Shown here: positions 36,503-47,919 of the stretch, in pieces
How positions within the stretch are numbered: position 1 is the stretch's first letter
Layout of the letters: each line of letters starts with the position of its first letter
DNA from: Basidiobolus meristosporus CBS 931.73
Taxonomy: Eukaryota; Fungi; Basidiobolomycota
DNA: 64,000 bases
Direction of reading: 5' to 3'
NCBI GenBank assembly: GCA_002104905.1
Contig: MCFE01000153.1
Location: 1 to 64,000 of the forward strand
Position numbers and translations under genes: made by a program
Notes under the pieces: model-generated
Seen by the model: only the letters and a program-made list of their open reading frames with translations
Told to the model about the DNA's origin: nothing
The model's database searches: none

Positions 36503-39500
36503 TAAGGAAGGTGAAGATGAAGATGCTGCTACAAGAAAGAAGCCTTTGGGATATTTTCATGGGAGAAGAGTTCCCTCCTAAAAGCATGGGAGAGGAAGCC
36601 TTACAGTACCAGAAGAAAGAACAAAGTGCCTCTAACTGCATTTGCCTTAATGTTAAAGACTAATTGCTAATTCAATGCTCAAGAGCAAAAATAGCAAAGA
36701 ATACCTGGAAGGCATTAGACAACACCTACCAGTCATGTTCAGCTGCTAAGAGAGTGTATCTTAGACATAAATTCCTTACTGCAAAGATGAAGCTAGGAGA
36801 AGCTATGAAAAATTTAATTTTCAGAGTTACCCTGATGGCAGATGAGATGGAATCTGTGGGTGTGCCAACTACTGATGAGGGTGTGATAGTTACCATCTTG
36901 AATAGCCTGACAGATGCATTTCAGTGCCTTGTATCAGCCCTAGAGTCCAGAACTGAAGATATGACCTTAAATTACATATAGGGAAGGCTCCTGGACAAAG
37001 AATAAAGAAAATCAAGCACCAATAAGAAGGAAAAAGAAAATGCTATAATAAGCAATGATAACCAACAAAGAAGATACGCAAGACCTTTTGAAGGCAATAG
37101 CAACCTGTTTTGCAACAACTGCAAATGGAAAGGACACACATCAAACCAATACTTCAAAAAGAGAGATAATCAGCAAAGAAGTCTGAATATGGAAATGCTA
37201 CAACAACTGAAGATAGACTATTCATATCTGCACTAAAAATGACCACAAACAAGAATTCTCATACATGCTACATTGACTTTGGAGCATCTCCATACTTGAC
37301 ACACCAAAAAGAACTTTTTACCCAATATCAAGAAATTCCTATTAAGAAGATTTTCATGTGTGACAATAGAACACTTGATGCAGTCGGAGAAGGAGCTATC
37401 CAAGTAAATCCTAGAAGCAGAGGAGGAAGCCATACACTGACCTTTAAAGAAGTACTCTATGTACCAGAAATAGCCCAGAACCTACTATCTGTAAGCAAGA
37501 CCACAGCATATGGACTCAGTTTCAGCTTTGACAATTCTGGATGCAGGATCACTGATTAAAATGGTGCTCATATTGCTTTAGGTATCAGAGATCAGAATCT
37601 GCATTATTTGACTTATATTCCATCATATTTAGAAGCCAATATAAGTAGCTTAAATGAAGAAACACCAATGCTTTGGCACAGAAGATTTGGACACAACAAT
37701 TTTGATTATTTGTGCAAAATGATCAAAGATCAGCTAATTTCTGGAGTGAAAATTGATCCCCCAGCTGATTTTGAGCACTGTGTAGCCTGCATATATGGGA
37801 AACAAGCCAGACAACTGTTCAAGATCTCTGGGTAAATCAATACTAAGAAAACATTTGATCTAATTCACTCAGATCTGTGTGGACCTATGCAAAATTTATC
37901 CTTAGGCAGGATGAAGTATCTAATCACTTTTATTGATGATTATACAAAATACACGTGAATCTACCTCATTGAGAGAAGAGAAGAAGCTCTGTCTAAGTTC
38001 AGGGTGCTTATAGCCATGGTGGAGAGAGAAACTGGTGAAATAATCAAGAAAATATGCTCTGACCATGGTGGAGAGTATGCCTCAAAACTCTTCACCCACT
38101 TCTGTAAGATTCATTGGACAATGCAAGAGACTACTGTACCATACTCCCCACAGCAAAATGGAGTAGCAGAATGTGCAAACAGATCAATAATTGATATGGG
38201 AAGATCTATGATCCATGATCAAAAATTATCCTATGATTTTTGGGCGGAATCAGTTGCCACAGCTGTATACCATAAAAACAGGAGTTATAACAGAATACTC
38301 TGTGACTCTACACCACTTGAAGCATGGTATGGATACAGTCCAAGTGCAGAACATCTAAGAATATTTGGGTGTACAGCATATTCCAAGAAACTGCCCAGAA
38401 ATCAGCTAAAATTTGAGCCAAAGAGTGAAAAGTGCATATTTTTGGGCTACTGCAATGAGAGTAAGGCATACAGACTCTACAATACCAAAGCAAAGAAGCT
38501 GATCAAGTCCAGGGATGTGTTGTTTGATGAAAATTCAAAATTTTCACAAAAAATGACATCAGATGATGACAAAAATTTGATCTCAAGTCCAACAATAGTC
38601 AGGATTGAATCAGAGCAAAGCTATGAGAACTTTTTCACTCCAGACAGTTCTACAACTGTGGTGCAGCCTGAATCAGTGCCCAGGGATATCCCAGAAGTGA
38701 TCATTCCATTATCAGATGCCAGGAGATCTAACTAGACAAGAAATAGCTCAAATTAATACATCAATGAGGGCACAAACTTAGCCTATGCCCATCTAGTCCA
38801 TATTGATGAGCCCCAGACTGTAAAAGAGGGCTTAAATAGCTCTCAGACAAAGTTTTGGAGATCTGCAATGACTGAGTAATATAAGGCCCTGATGGAAATC
38901 AAACTTGGGACTTAATCAAATTATCAATCAACCAAAAATCAATTGGATGAAGATGGGTCTTTAAGACAAAGTTCAAGGCTGATGGTACAATTGAATGATA
39001 CAAAGCAAGACTTGTGGCCAAAGGATACTCACAAACAAAAGGACTTGACTATACTGAGACCTTTGCACCAATAGCCAAGTGTAATTCCATCAGATTGATA
39101 TTGGCTTTTGCAGCCAAATATAAGTTTTTTATACATCAAATGGACATAAAACTGCATTTCAGAATAGAAAACTTGATGAGGACAAGTATATGGACCAGCC
39201 TGCTGGGTTTGCTGACCAAGATAGCCCTCATTTGGTCTGCAAGCTCAAAAAATCTCTATATGGTCTCAAACAATTGCCAAGAGCCTGGAATTGCAAGATA
39301 GATTCTTATTTGGAATCTTTGAGTTTCAAAAGGAGTAATGCTGACTATAGTATATACTATAAGCCAGATAGAGCAAATCCAGTTCTATTAGCTCTATATG
39401 TGGATGATCTTATTATTGCCACCAATAACCTCAAAACATTGGAAGAGACTAAATCCAGCCTATCTAAGGAGTTCAAGATGTCCAATCTAGGAGAACTCAG

Positions 39501-40730
39501 TTATTACTTAGGGATTAAGTTCTCCATAGACAGAAGTACCCAGACTATTACCTTAAGCCAGTCCAAGTATACTCAAGATATACTAAAGAAGTAACAAATG
39601 GAAGACTGTAAACCAGCAGCTACCCCAATGGAAATATACCTTAACTTGGTCAAAACTCAACCAAATCAAGAGAGCTTGGTGCCTCTGAAAGCCCTGACTT
39701 TCCTTATCAATCTATGGTTGGCAGTCTGATGTATATCATGATTGGAACACGTCCAGATATCTCATATTCAGTGGGAGTTGTCAGCCAGCATAATCAGAAC
39801 TATGGATCTGATCATATTGCAACAGTTAGGCAGATTTTTAGAAACCAAAAAGGAACTGCTGATATCTGCTTAAGGTATACTTATAAGGATTCAGTACAGA
39901 ATCTTTGGGGATACTTGATGCTGATTGGGGACAAAATTTGGAAGACAGAAAACTCACCTCAGGATTGTTGTAAGAGTCTTGGAGATATTGGAAGTGATTG
40001 GGAGAACAAGTAGATTATGTGGTTTTCACTTAATGATTTATTGAATGTAAAAGTAGTATTTATACTTTTACATGGTCTTGGCATTACAAACACGTAGAAT
40101 AGGTTAAGGAAGGTCCCAAGAACATGTGTGCAAAGTTTGGGGATGTTTGGACAACTTTGAGAATTTTCATGTTCTGGGTACCTGGTATTTTGGTGAAAAT
40201 ATTCTAAGTAAATCCCAACAAGAAATTTGGTCAGTATTCTCTAGGATTTGAAGGTGATGATCTAAGTGACTAAGTTAGGTGAATATTTAGGTGGAAAATA
40301 CAAATTTTTACAACAAGGATACACCTTTCTTTACAATACAAGATAATTTCATGGAATTCAAGAAAGCAACCAACTGTAGCACTTTCTACCACAGAGAGAG
40401 AGTATATGGCTGCCTATGAAGCTACAAAAGAAGCCATGTGGTTAAGGAAGCTTCTTAAAGATTTAGGCTTATGTCAAAAAACTCCTATTGCTTTATTTCA
40501 AGATAATCAAGGATGTATACAATTAGATAGAAATCCAACATTTCATTCTTGAACTAAGCACATAGATATTAGCATCATTTCATATGTGAAGCTATAGAGA
40601 ATAACTTAGTTTACTTGGCTTACTGTCCTACAGATGAAATGATTGCAGACATATTTACCAAACCATTAGCTAGAGACAAGTTTGAATATCTTAGGTCAAT
40701 AATTGGACTGGTCAGTATGAGCATTTATTT
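36503..40730 (+). pseudogene. Degenerate gag-pol of the host copia element
   Basis: Fragmented ORFs collinear with the young element's gag-pol (e.g. LWHRRFGH, QQNGVAE, AKGYSQ, YVDD), with many stops and frameshifts. Confidence 0.95.
39966..40315 (-). mobile_element. Solo LTR (family 1) inserted antisense in the host RNase H region
   Basis: Complete 350-bp LTR flanked by a perfect TSD AGGAT (39961-39965, 40316-40320); the host coding sequence resumes after it. Confidence 0.97.
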
Positions 40731-40739
40731 AAGTGGGGG

Positions 40740-41085
40740 TGTTGTAAAAAATCATAATTCCATCTAATATTCACCCAACTTAGTCACTTAGATCATTACC
40801 TTCAAATCCTAGCATATACTGACCAAATTCCTTGACAAGATTTACTTAGAATATTTTCACCAAAATATCAGGTACCCTGAACATGAAATTAGATAAGTTA
40901 TCCAAACAGCCCCAAGCTTTGCACACCTCTTCTTGGAACCTTCCCAAGCTTATTCTACATGCTTGCCATGCCAAGACCATTTAAAAGCACAAACACTACT
41001 TTTGTATTCAATAAATCATTATGTGAAAACCACATAATCTACTTCTCCTTGCTATTACTTCCATTTCAGCAAGATTTTTACAACA
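40740..41085 (+). repeat. 3' LTR of the host copia element
   Basis: Follows the RNase H end and the PPT AAGTGGGGG; TGTTGTAA...TTACAACA. Confidence 0.92.
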
Positions 41086-41651
41086 GTTATAGCACTTGCA
41101 CCATTGTGAAAGTAATATTCACATACTGGAGCTAACTCAAGTGTAGGCAGCTTCACTGTATCAGTTAATATTGTACAAATTGGATTTTAAACCAAAAATG
41201 ACAATCTGATAATTGGTAAATGGAGGTTCCAATATCTTCTGGACTCTCACAACACAGAGAATAGAATGATTCCTTATATGGCTCATATTTTCTAGGCTGT
41301 CAAGTACTATTAACACTTGTAAAGAACACAAGTATATAGAAATGTTGGTCAAACTTGAAATACCAGTGCACCATGATACTTAGATGATACTGCTCACTAA
41401 CTTCATTACTGTATATTTGGTAATTCTTCCTAGATATTGCATTAGCTTGGATACTGAGATCACAGTCAACAAATCTGAGAGTATCTTGCCCAAATCTTTG
41501 GTTAGGATTTGTTAGAATATTTTACCAATATATCTGGTGCCTGAGATATGTGACTTCTTAGAGCTGTCTAAAAGTCCCCAAACTATGCACACATGCTCTT
41601 GGGACCTCTATATGGCATGAACAAATACTAGAATCCTGCCCACCTGCAGGA

Positions 41652-41995
41652 TGTTGTAAAATTTGTAATTCCACCTAAATATTTGTCTAACTTGGTCACT
41701 TGGATCATTACCTTCAAATCTCAGAGAATACTGACCAATATCTTTGTTGGGATTTACTCAGAATATCTTTAAAATATCAGGTACCCAGAACATGAAAATT
41801 CTCAAAGTTGTTCAAACAGCCCCAAACTTTGCAACTATGCTATTGGGGCCTCCCTAAGCCTTTTCTATGTGTTTGCTATTCCAAGACCATGTAAAAGTAT
41901 AAATACTACTTTTACATTCAATAAATCATTAAGTGTAACCACATAATCTACTTGTTCTCCTAAACACTTCCAATATTTCCAGGACTCTTACGACA
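41652..41995 (+). mobile_element. Solo LTR (family 1)
   Basis: Full-length homolog; flanks CAGGA/CAGCA form a TSD with 1 mismatch. Confidence 0.88.
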
Positions 41996-42035
41996 CAGCA
42001 AACATATATGATTGGAGCCTTGGAGAAACAAACTC

Positions 42036-42382
42036 TGTTGTAAACATTCATAATTGCACCTGAATATTCACCTAGGTTGGTCATTTAGATCATTACCTGC
42101 AAATCTTATAGAGCTCTGAGCAAATTCCTTGTCAGGATTTACTTGAAATATTTTCACCAACTCCTCAGATACCCAGAACATGAAATTTTGCCAAGTTGTT
42201 CAAACAGCCCCAAACCTTGCACACATATTCTTTGGACCTTTTTAAGCATATTTTAATAGCTTGCTTTGACAAGACCATGTAAAATTATACATACCATTTG
42301 ATATTAAATCAATCATCAAGTAAAACCACATATACCATTTGTTCTTCAAATCATTTCCAATCTCTTCAAAACTCTAACAACA
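42036..42382 (+). mobile_element. Degenerate solo LTR (family 1)
   Basis: TGTTGTAAA...CTAACAACA, collinear with the other LTRs; TSD unclear. Confidence 0.8.
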
Positions 42383-42965
42383 ACTTCAACTGATGAATCA
42401 ACTAGCACAAACAACATGTATGTAACTTATGAGTCAGTTATGCACCCAGATTATAAAATAGAGCTCTAGCCTATGAACTATTCTACAAATCTATTGTGCC
42501 ACAATCATGCAAAAGCATCAATACCACCCTGGTGTTCAATAGAATATAAAGTGAAAGCCACTTAATCAACTTGCTCTCCCAATCATTTCAATATGTCCAA
42601 AACTCTTACAACAGTAGCCTTATCTCCCTTGGGCAACCAAACCTTAAGATACTGTGATTATTTGCACCTATACTGCATTGGAATGTCAGCAATTACAAAC
42701 TAGTTTATGTTGGCAGCCAACTTTGCTCATAAACTTCATAGGTAGCAGATTTTTTACTGGAACAAATAGGGGATTTTAGAACAGCAACTGCATTGTACAA
42801 GGACTGGTTACTGTATGGCTGGAAAAACTGCTTAGATTCCCACACAGATCAATAGACCACTACCAGAATAGTGGCATCACCAAAATCACTTTGATCCATT
42901 TCTTGTTACCAGCAAAATAGAGAAGTTTGTTATGTTGGGTTGCTGAGCGTATATCTGTAGTTTGA

Positions 42966-43653
42966 CTAAGCACCAATGAATAGGCCATTCAGCAAGTCAC
43001 GAATCAAGTTGCCACAGACTTTGCGTATAATGTCAAGAGAGGCTGGGTATTTATTGAATAATTCGCAACTCTCCTTGGACATACTATTCTGGTGCAAGGC
43101 GAAGGAATAGGTATCAAGGCGTTACAGAGGATCAGTGCACACTTCTTGGCATTGGACTAGCAATGTGTCTTCCGTTGCTTGTTGACATTGGGTGGTCCAA
43201 CAGAAAAATGGTCCAAGCAGGCGGATCAAGCGAGCACATTGAATCGAGACATAGTGGGTGCCTGGGCCGTCAACAGACTGAATAGATTCAGAGGTGGCGA
43301 GTTGGTGGAATCCGCAGGGCCAGTTGTCCTTCCGCAGGGCCAGTTGTCCTTCCGCAGGGCCAGTTGTCCTTCCGCAGCACCAACCCGCAATACTTACCAA
43401 ATTGGAGCTGCCTTCCTAAAACGGTAAGAAATTCCTTGAGGTCAAGCGGGAACCCACATTCTTCGGTGAGTCGACCTCTAACGACCAAGGATAGACGGCT
43501 ATTACCTTGATGTATAGCTGACATGTCGAGATTCATTGACTTGCGAATGGCTCTTGAGGCAACAGAGCATAAATGCTCGTGAGTTTGAGGGAGAGTTGAG
43601 ATCGCTTGAATGCTGTCATCGCGTCCATTACTTTCCTGGCAGGACAGTTTCAA
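42966..43653 (-). pseudogene. Disrupted ORF of unknown function, divergent from the monooxygenase
   Basis: ORFs 43288-43653 and 43122-43400 fuse in frame if two 20-bp repeat units are removed. Past one TAA (43122-43124) the frame stays open for ~50 more codons to TAG at 42966. Confidence 0.45.
43311..43377. repeat. Perfect 20-bp tandem repeat (TCCGCAGGGCCAGTTGTCCT x3 + 7 bp)
   Basis: Three identical head-to-tail units plus a partial unit, with no spacers. Confidence 0.97.
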
Positions 43654-43783
43654 TCTCCCCCAAAATAGGCAAGAAACGTAGGCTTGGCCCGTTCAAAACG
43701 AGAGCTATTTAACTCGTGGGGTGAGATGGACAGAACCTGATCATACTACTGACTCCTTGCTCTCCATCTCCTCCACCTTCCCT

Positions 43784-45001
43784 ATGACTTTCAACCGTTG
43801 CATTCTAATAGTAGGTGCCGGCATTGGCGGCCTCTCCTTGGCCCAAGGCTTGAAAAAGGCTGGCATCCCTTTTCGTGTGTTCGAGCGCGATCCCTCACCA
43901 GACTTTCGAGCGCAGGGCTACCGTTTGCGCATCAATCATTACGGGGCGACAGCGCTCAAGAGTACGCTGACTGATGATTTGTGGCGTCTATTTGAAAATA
44001 CTTGCGCTGACACCCAGCTTGGTATGACCGGATTGAACGCCATCGATGGGACGGTCACCAGGGTTGTGCCTGGGGCCGGAGGCGATCCCTCAATTAAACA
44101 GCCCGTAGACGAGCCTCTCCTTGGGCCATTCACTGCGGACCGGAAGACCCTCCGTGACCTGCTGTTGATTGGACTCGAGAATGAAGTCGAGTTTGGTAAG
44201 ACATTCGAGCGCTTCGAAATTCATGGCGAGCAACAGGTCACCGCTTTTTTCAAAGATGGAACTCAAGCGCAAGGTAGTCTCTTAATCGGTGCTGATGGCA
44301 TTCAGTCACGTGTGCGCCGCCAGCACCTCCCCCAACTGGAGCTTGTGGACTCAACGGGGCGCTGCATATATGGAAAGACGCCCATTACACCGGAGCTGAC
44401 GAAATCCTTCCCAGCAGAGGCCATGCGTTGGATTACAGCCATCAAGGACCCCCGACCACTAACCCTCTTCCTTGAGCCGGTCAGATTCAGCTCCAATGTG
44501 GAGCAGGTCTCGGACGGGCGGCTATCAAGTGTCCCAGACTACGTTTATTGGGTTCTAGCGGCGTGCCAGTCGATCTTTAATGTCAGTGATGATGAACTTC
44601 TGAGCATGTCTAGCCGGGAAGCCGCGGATTTATCCCTTCGTCTAACCGAGGACTGGGATCCCAGGATTCGCTCATTACTGGTGCTCCAATCGCAAGATAA
44701 GGCATCAGCACTCCGTCTTATGTCAACTGCGCCGTCGATGCAGAACTGGGAGACTTTGTCAGCCATTACCTTCCTCGGCGATTCTATCCATCCGATGCCA
44801 CCGGCTGGAGGGTCTGGGGCCAACACTGCCCTTCGTGACTCGGCAAACTTACTGGAGGCCATAAAGCAAGGAGCCACCAAAGCACAGATCGAAGAGTACG
44901 AGAATGCTCTTAGGGCCTACGCAGGTGAGGCCATTGCAGGAAGCTGGCATGGTGGTAAGTCCCTTTTCAACCTACCATCATATGAAGATTGTAAGCGTTA
45001 G
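43784..45001 (+). CDS. FAD-dependent monooxygenase (group A flavoprotein hydroxylase, FAD_binding_3), intronless, 405 aa
   Basis: ILIVGAGIGGLSLA (GxGxxG), FERD, QGYRLRI, LIGADGIQSRVR (DG motif) and FLGDSIHPMPPAGGSGANTALRD (GD motif); no stops or introns. Confidence 0.95.
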   Translation: MTFNRCILIVGAGIGGLSLAQGLKKAGIPFRVFERDPSPDFRAQGYRLRINHYGATALKSTLTDDLWRLFENTCADTQLGMTGLNAIDGTVTRVVPGAGGDPSIKQPVDEPLLGPFTADRKTLRDLLLIGLENEVEFGKTFERFEIHGEQQVTAFFKDGTQAQGSLLIGADGIQSRVRRQHLPQLELVDSTGRCIYGKTPITPELTKSFPAEAMRWITAIKDPRPLTLFLEPVRFSSNVEQVSDGRLSSVPDYVYWVLAACQSIFNVSDDELLSMSSREAADLSLRLTEDWDPRIRSLLVLQSQDKASALRLMSTAPSMQNWETLSAITFLGDSIHPMPPAGGSGANTALRDSANLLEAIKQGATKAQIEEYENALRAYAGEAIAGSWHGGKSLFNLPSYEDCKR

Positions 45002-45399
45002 AAGTATCAGTAATAAAATAGGCTTCCATAGCCACTTGCCCCATTTTACATGAACATGAAATATTTAAGAAATATAATATTGGGACTCGGGATTGGGAGG
45101 AAAAGGGGTATGGATCCCCTCCATTAGGGTAAAAATGAATCAGTTGCAAATCATTGGTGTTGTGACACAATGAGTCAAGTAACAATACTCTGTACAAGAA
45201 TAAACCCTACAGATGCACATGGTCAGGTCAATTTCCTTTTAACTGGAGGGAACATCATACTAGGATAAGAAGCTTGCTGTTATGTATGATCTCTCTATAA
45301 ATACACCAACAAGTTTCAAAGTGATCTGTAAATACATGTGGCATCTTTGGGTGTTGAGACCTGAGAGCTTTTGTCTCATCTATGTAACCAACATGCTAC

Positions 45400-46015
45400 T
45401 GTTGTAAATTTCATATTTACACCTAAATAATCACCCAACTTAGTCACATAGACCATAGTCTACAAGTCTCAGAGAATTCTGACCAAATTCCTTGTCTGGA
45501 TTTACTTGGATTATATTCAGCAACATGTCAGGTGCCCTGAGCATAAATATCTTGGAGCTTTTCAAATGGTCCCAAACTCTGCCCACATGCTGTTATAACC
45601 TTCCTCTGCATATTCTATGCATTTGTTTTGCCATGATCATATAAAAGTATAATTACTGCTATTACATGTTGTAAAAATTTGTAATTCCACCTAAATATTC
45701 ACCTAGCTTGGTAACTTGGATCATTACCTACAAATCTTAGAGAATACTGACCAAATTCCTTGTTGGCACTTACTTCCAGTACTTTCATCAAATTATCAGG
45801 TGTTTGGAACATGAAAATTAGATAAGTTGTCCAAGTAGCACTGAACTCAGCACAAATACTCTTGGGAGCTTCCCATACCTATTCTACATGCTTGTTATGC
45901 CAAGATCATATAAAAGTACAAATTCTACTTTTACATTCTATAAATGATTTAGTGAAAATCATGTAATCTACTTGTTCTCCTAACAACTTCCAATATCTTG
46001 AAGACTCTTACAACA
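45400..46015 (+). mobile_element. Two adjacent family-1 LTRs (truncated 45400-45666; complete 45667-46015)
   Basis: Two TGTTGTAAA starts; the second ends GACTCTTACAACA; collinear with the other LTRs. Confidence 0.82.
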
Positions 46016-46740
46016 AATACTCCAGGGTATTTCCTTAATGGATTTTATCAGAATTCTCCAAGATTTGTGGGAAATGATTTAAGTGACAAGTTAGGTGAGT
46101 ATTTAGATGCAATTATAAATTTCACATCACTACCCCTTAGCTATACACTTATATTTTCTAGTACTATATGTAAACAAAGATATTTAAGTTTGTCTCTAGC
46201 AAATATTTTGGCAAATATGTCTATAATGATTTCTTCTATAGAACAGTGAGCTAACTTAGCTGAGTTACTCTCTATAGCTTCATATATGATGTGATGTCTA
46301 ATCTCTCTATGGCCAGTTTCAATACGAGCAGTTGGATTTCTATAAATTGTATATATCCTTGATTAAATTGAGATACTATGGCATGGGCTTTTTGATAGAA
46401 ACCTAGCCCTCAAAAAGCTTTCTTAGCCACATTGATTCTTTTGTAGCCTCACATGCTGCCATGTACTTGGCCTCTGTGGTGGAAAGTGCTATTGTGGGTT
46501 GCTTACTTCAATTGCTTAAAATTGCTCCTTGAGAGGAAGAAAGGTGTTTCCTGTGGTAGATCTTCTGTCTTCTGAGTTTTGTCCCCAATAAGATTTAGAG
46601 TATCCCACATAATCCTGTTTTGAATCCTTAGATGTGTATCTTGAGCAGATATCAGGAGCACTTTTAAGTATTGTAGAGTCTACTCAACTGCTGTAATACA
46701 ACCAGATCCTTAGTTGTGATATTACAGGCTGACAACTTCT
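46016..46740 (-). mobile_element. Copia family-1 fragment: RNase H relic, PPT and partial 3' LTR
   Basis: Collinear with 32050-32770 of the young element (same strand), heavily mutated. Confidence 0.8.
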
Positions 46741-47919
46741 GATAAATAGGATATATGTGGAGATGTTCTGTTGTGTTATATTTGATTAGTTTGAGGCTTG
46801 TTTTACAATGTAGAGGCTAATCAACAATATATAACAACCTCCAGTATTCTAATACTGAAATATTTATTGGGAGTTTGATATACCAATAAAAGATGTAGCT
46901 GTCACTAATATCCTCAATCTTAGGCTCAAAATGTACTATAGGCAGTGTTTCTCACTTCTACAGCAATGTTCTGACCTACTGTTGGCTATTGGGCTTATTT
47001 ACCTTTATAGTAACTTTTCCTTATTTAGATGTCACTTTCCTTTCCAAGAAAGTATTTCCTAAAATGGAAATTCTAAACTCTCCCTAACCTAAAGAGGTGT
47101 AGTGCAGAAGTCTCTTAAGGAGTCTTTAGACTAAAGGGGTGTTTAAAGGGGTGTCATTATAGTAAAGGGGTTTCATAGAGGGGACTTTCCAACCAAAAAG
47201 GGGTAGTTTTCTTGTAGAGCTTAGATTGTACTCTTGTGAGCTTTGCAGTCTCTTTACTGATGTAGTACCAACCAAAGTCAGAGTACTCAACAGTGCAAGT
47301 GATGCAGGAGAAGTTTTATAACCTTTAGACTTGTAATTGTAGTGTGGAGATTCTGGAAGGAGAGACTCTCCTGAATTTTTTCAGCTGGGAAGTCCTATAT
47401 ATGAAAACTCCTAAGGATTAAAGTTTTTGGGTAAGCAAAACTTGTGATACAAAGTTAAGATCTTACAGTGGTGCAGATCAGACATAGGTGCAGCACCTGT
47501 GAAGCTTGCATGTGAATTATTTGGCTGGTTCATAAGTTACATGCAATTAAAGATACTATAGTAATCCTAGCAATAGAGGTCTAGTATATCCCTATAAAAA
47601 TTATTGGGATGATCCTGTCAAAAGGCCGTCACAAAGTTAAAGTCCCATGACTAAGAGGTACTGATCTTGTTGGGACACCATCCAGAGACTGTTGAAATAT
47701 AATTGCACCCCAGATTTCACAAAATACTTAGTCAAAATTTTTCATCATAACAATGTATAAGTGGCTTTTGATTGGTTCCCTGCCAATTTGTTCACTTTCT
47801 GATCCCAGACACTCTATTGCCTTCTACAAATGTGTGAGTTGATTGGCTATTGCCTCTTTTTCACACTCCTTACTTCCTGACTCAACCATTCCTCTTACTT
47901 TTCATGCGTATAAATTGAT

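Larger units (their letters stand above)
31370..41085 (+). mobile_element. Old Ty1/copia LTR retrotransposon (family 1, host element) interrupted by two nested insertions
   Basis: 5' LTR 31370-31713, PBS-like GGCTATGAGGCCC, and gag start up to 31811. Gag-pol relic resumes at 36503, then PPT AAGTGGGGG and 3' LTR 40740-41085. Flanks GATAT/GTTAT form a TSD with 1 mismatch. Confidence 0.92.

Noticed and set aside
43311-43377. CRISPR-like array
   Set aside because: Units are head to tail without spacers, there are no cas genes, and the context is eukaryotic.
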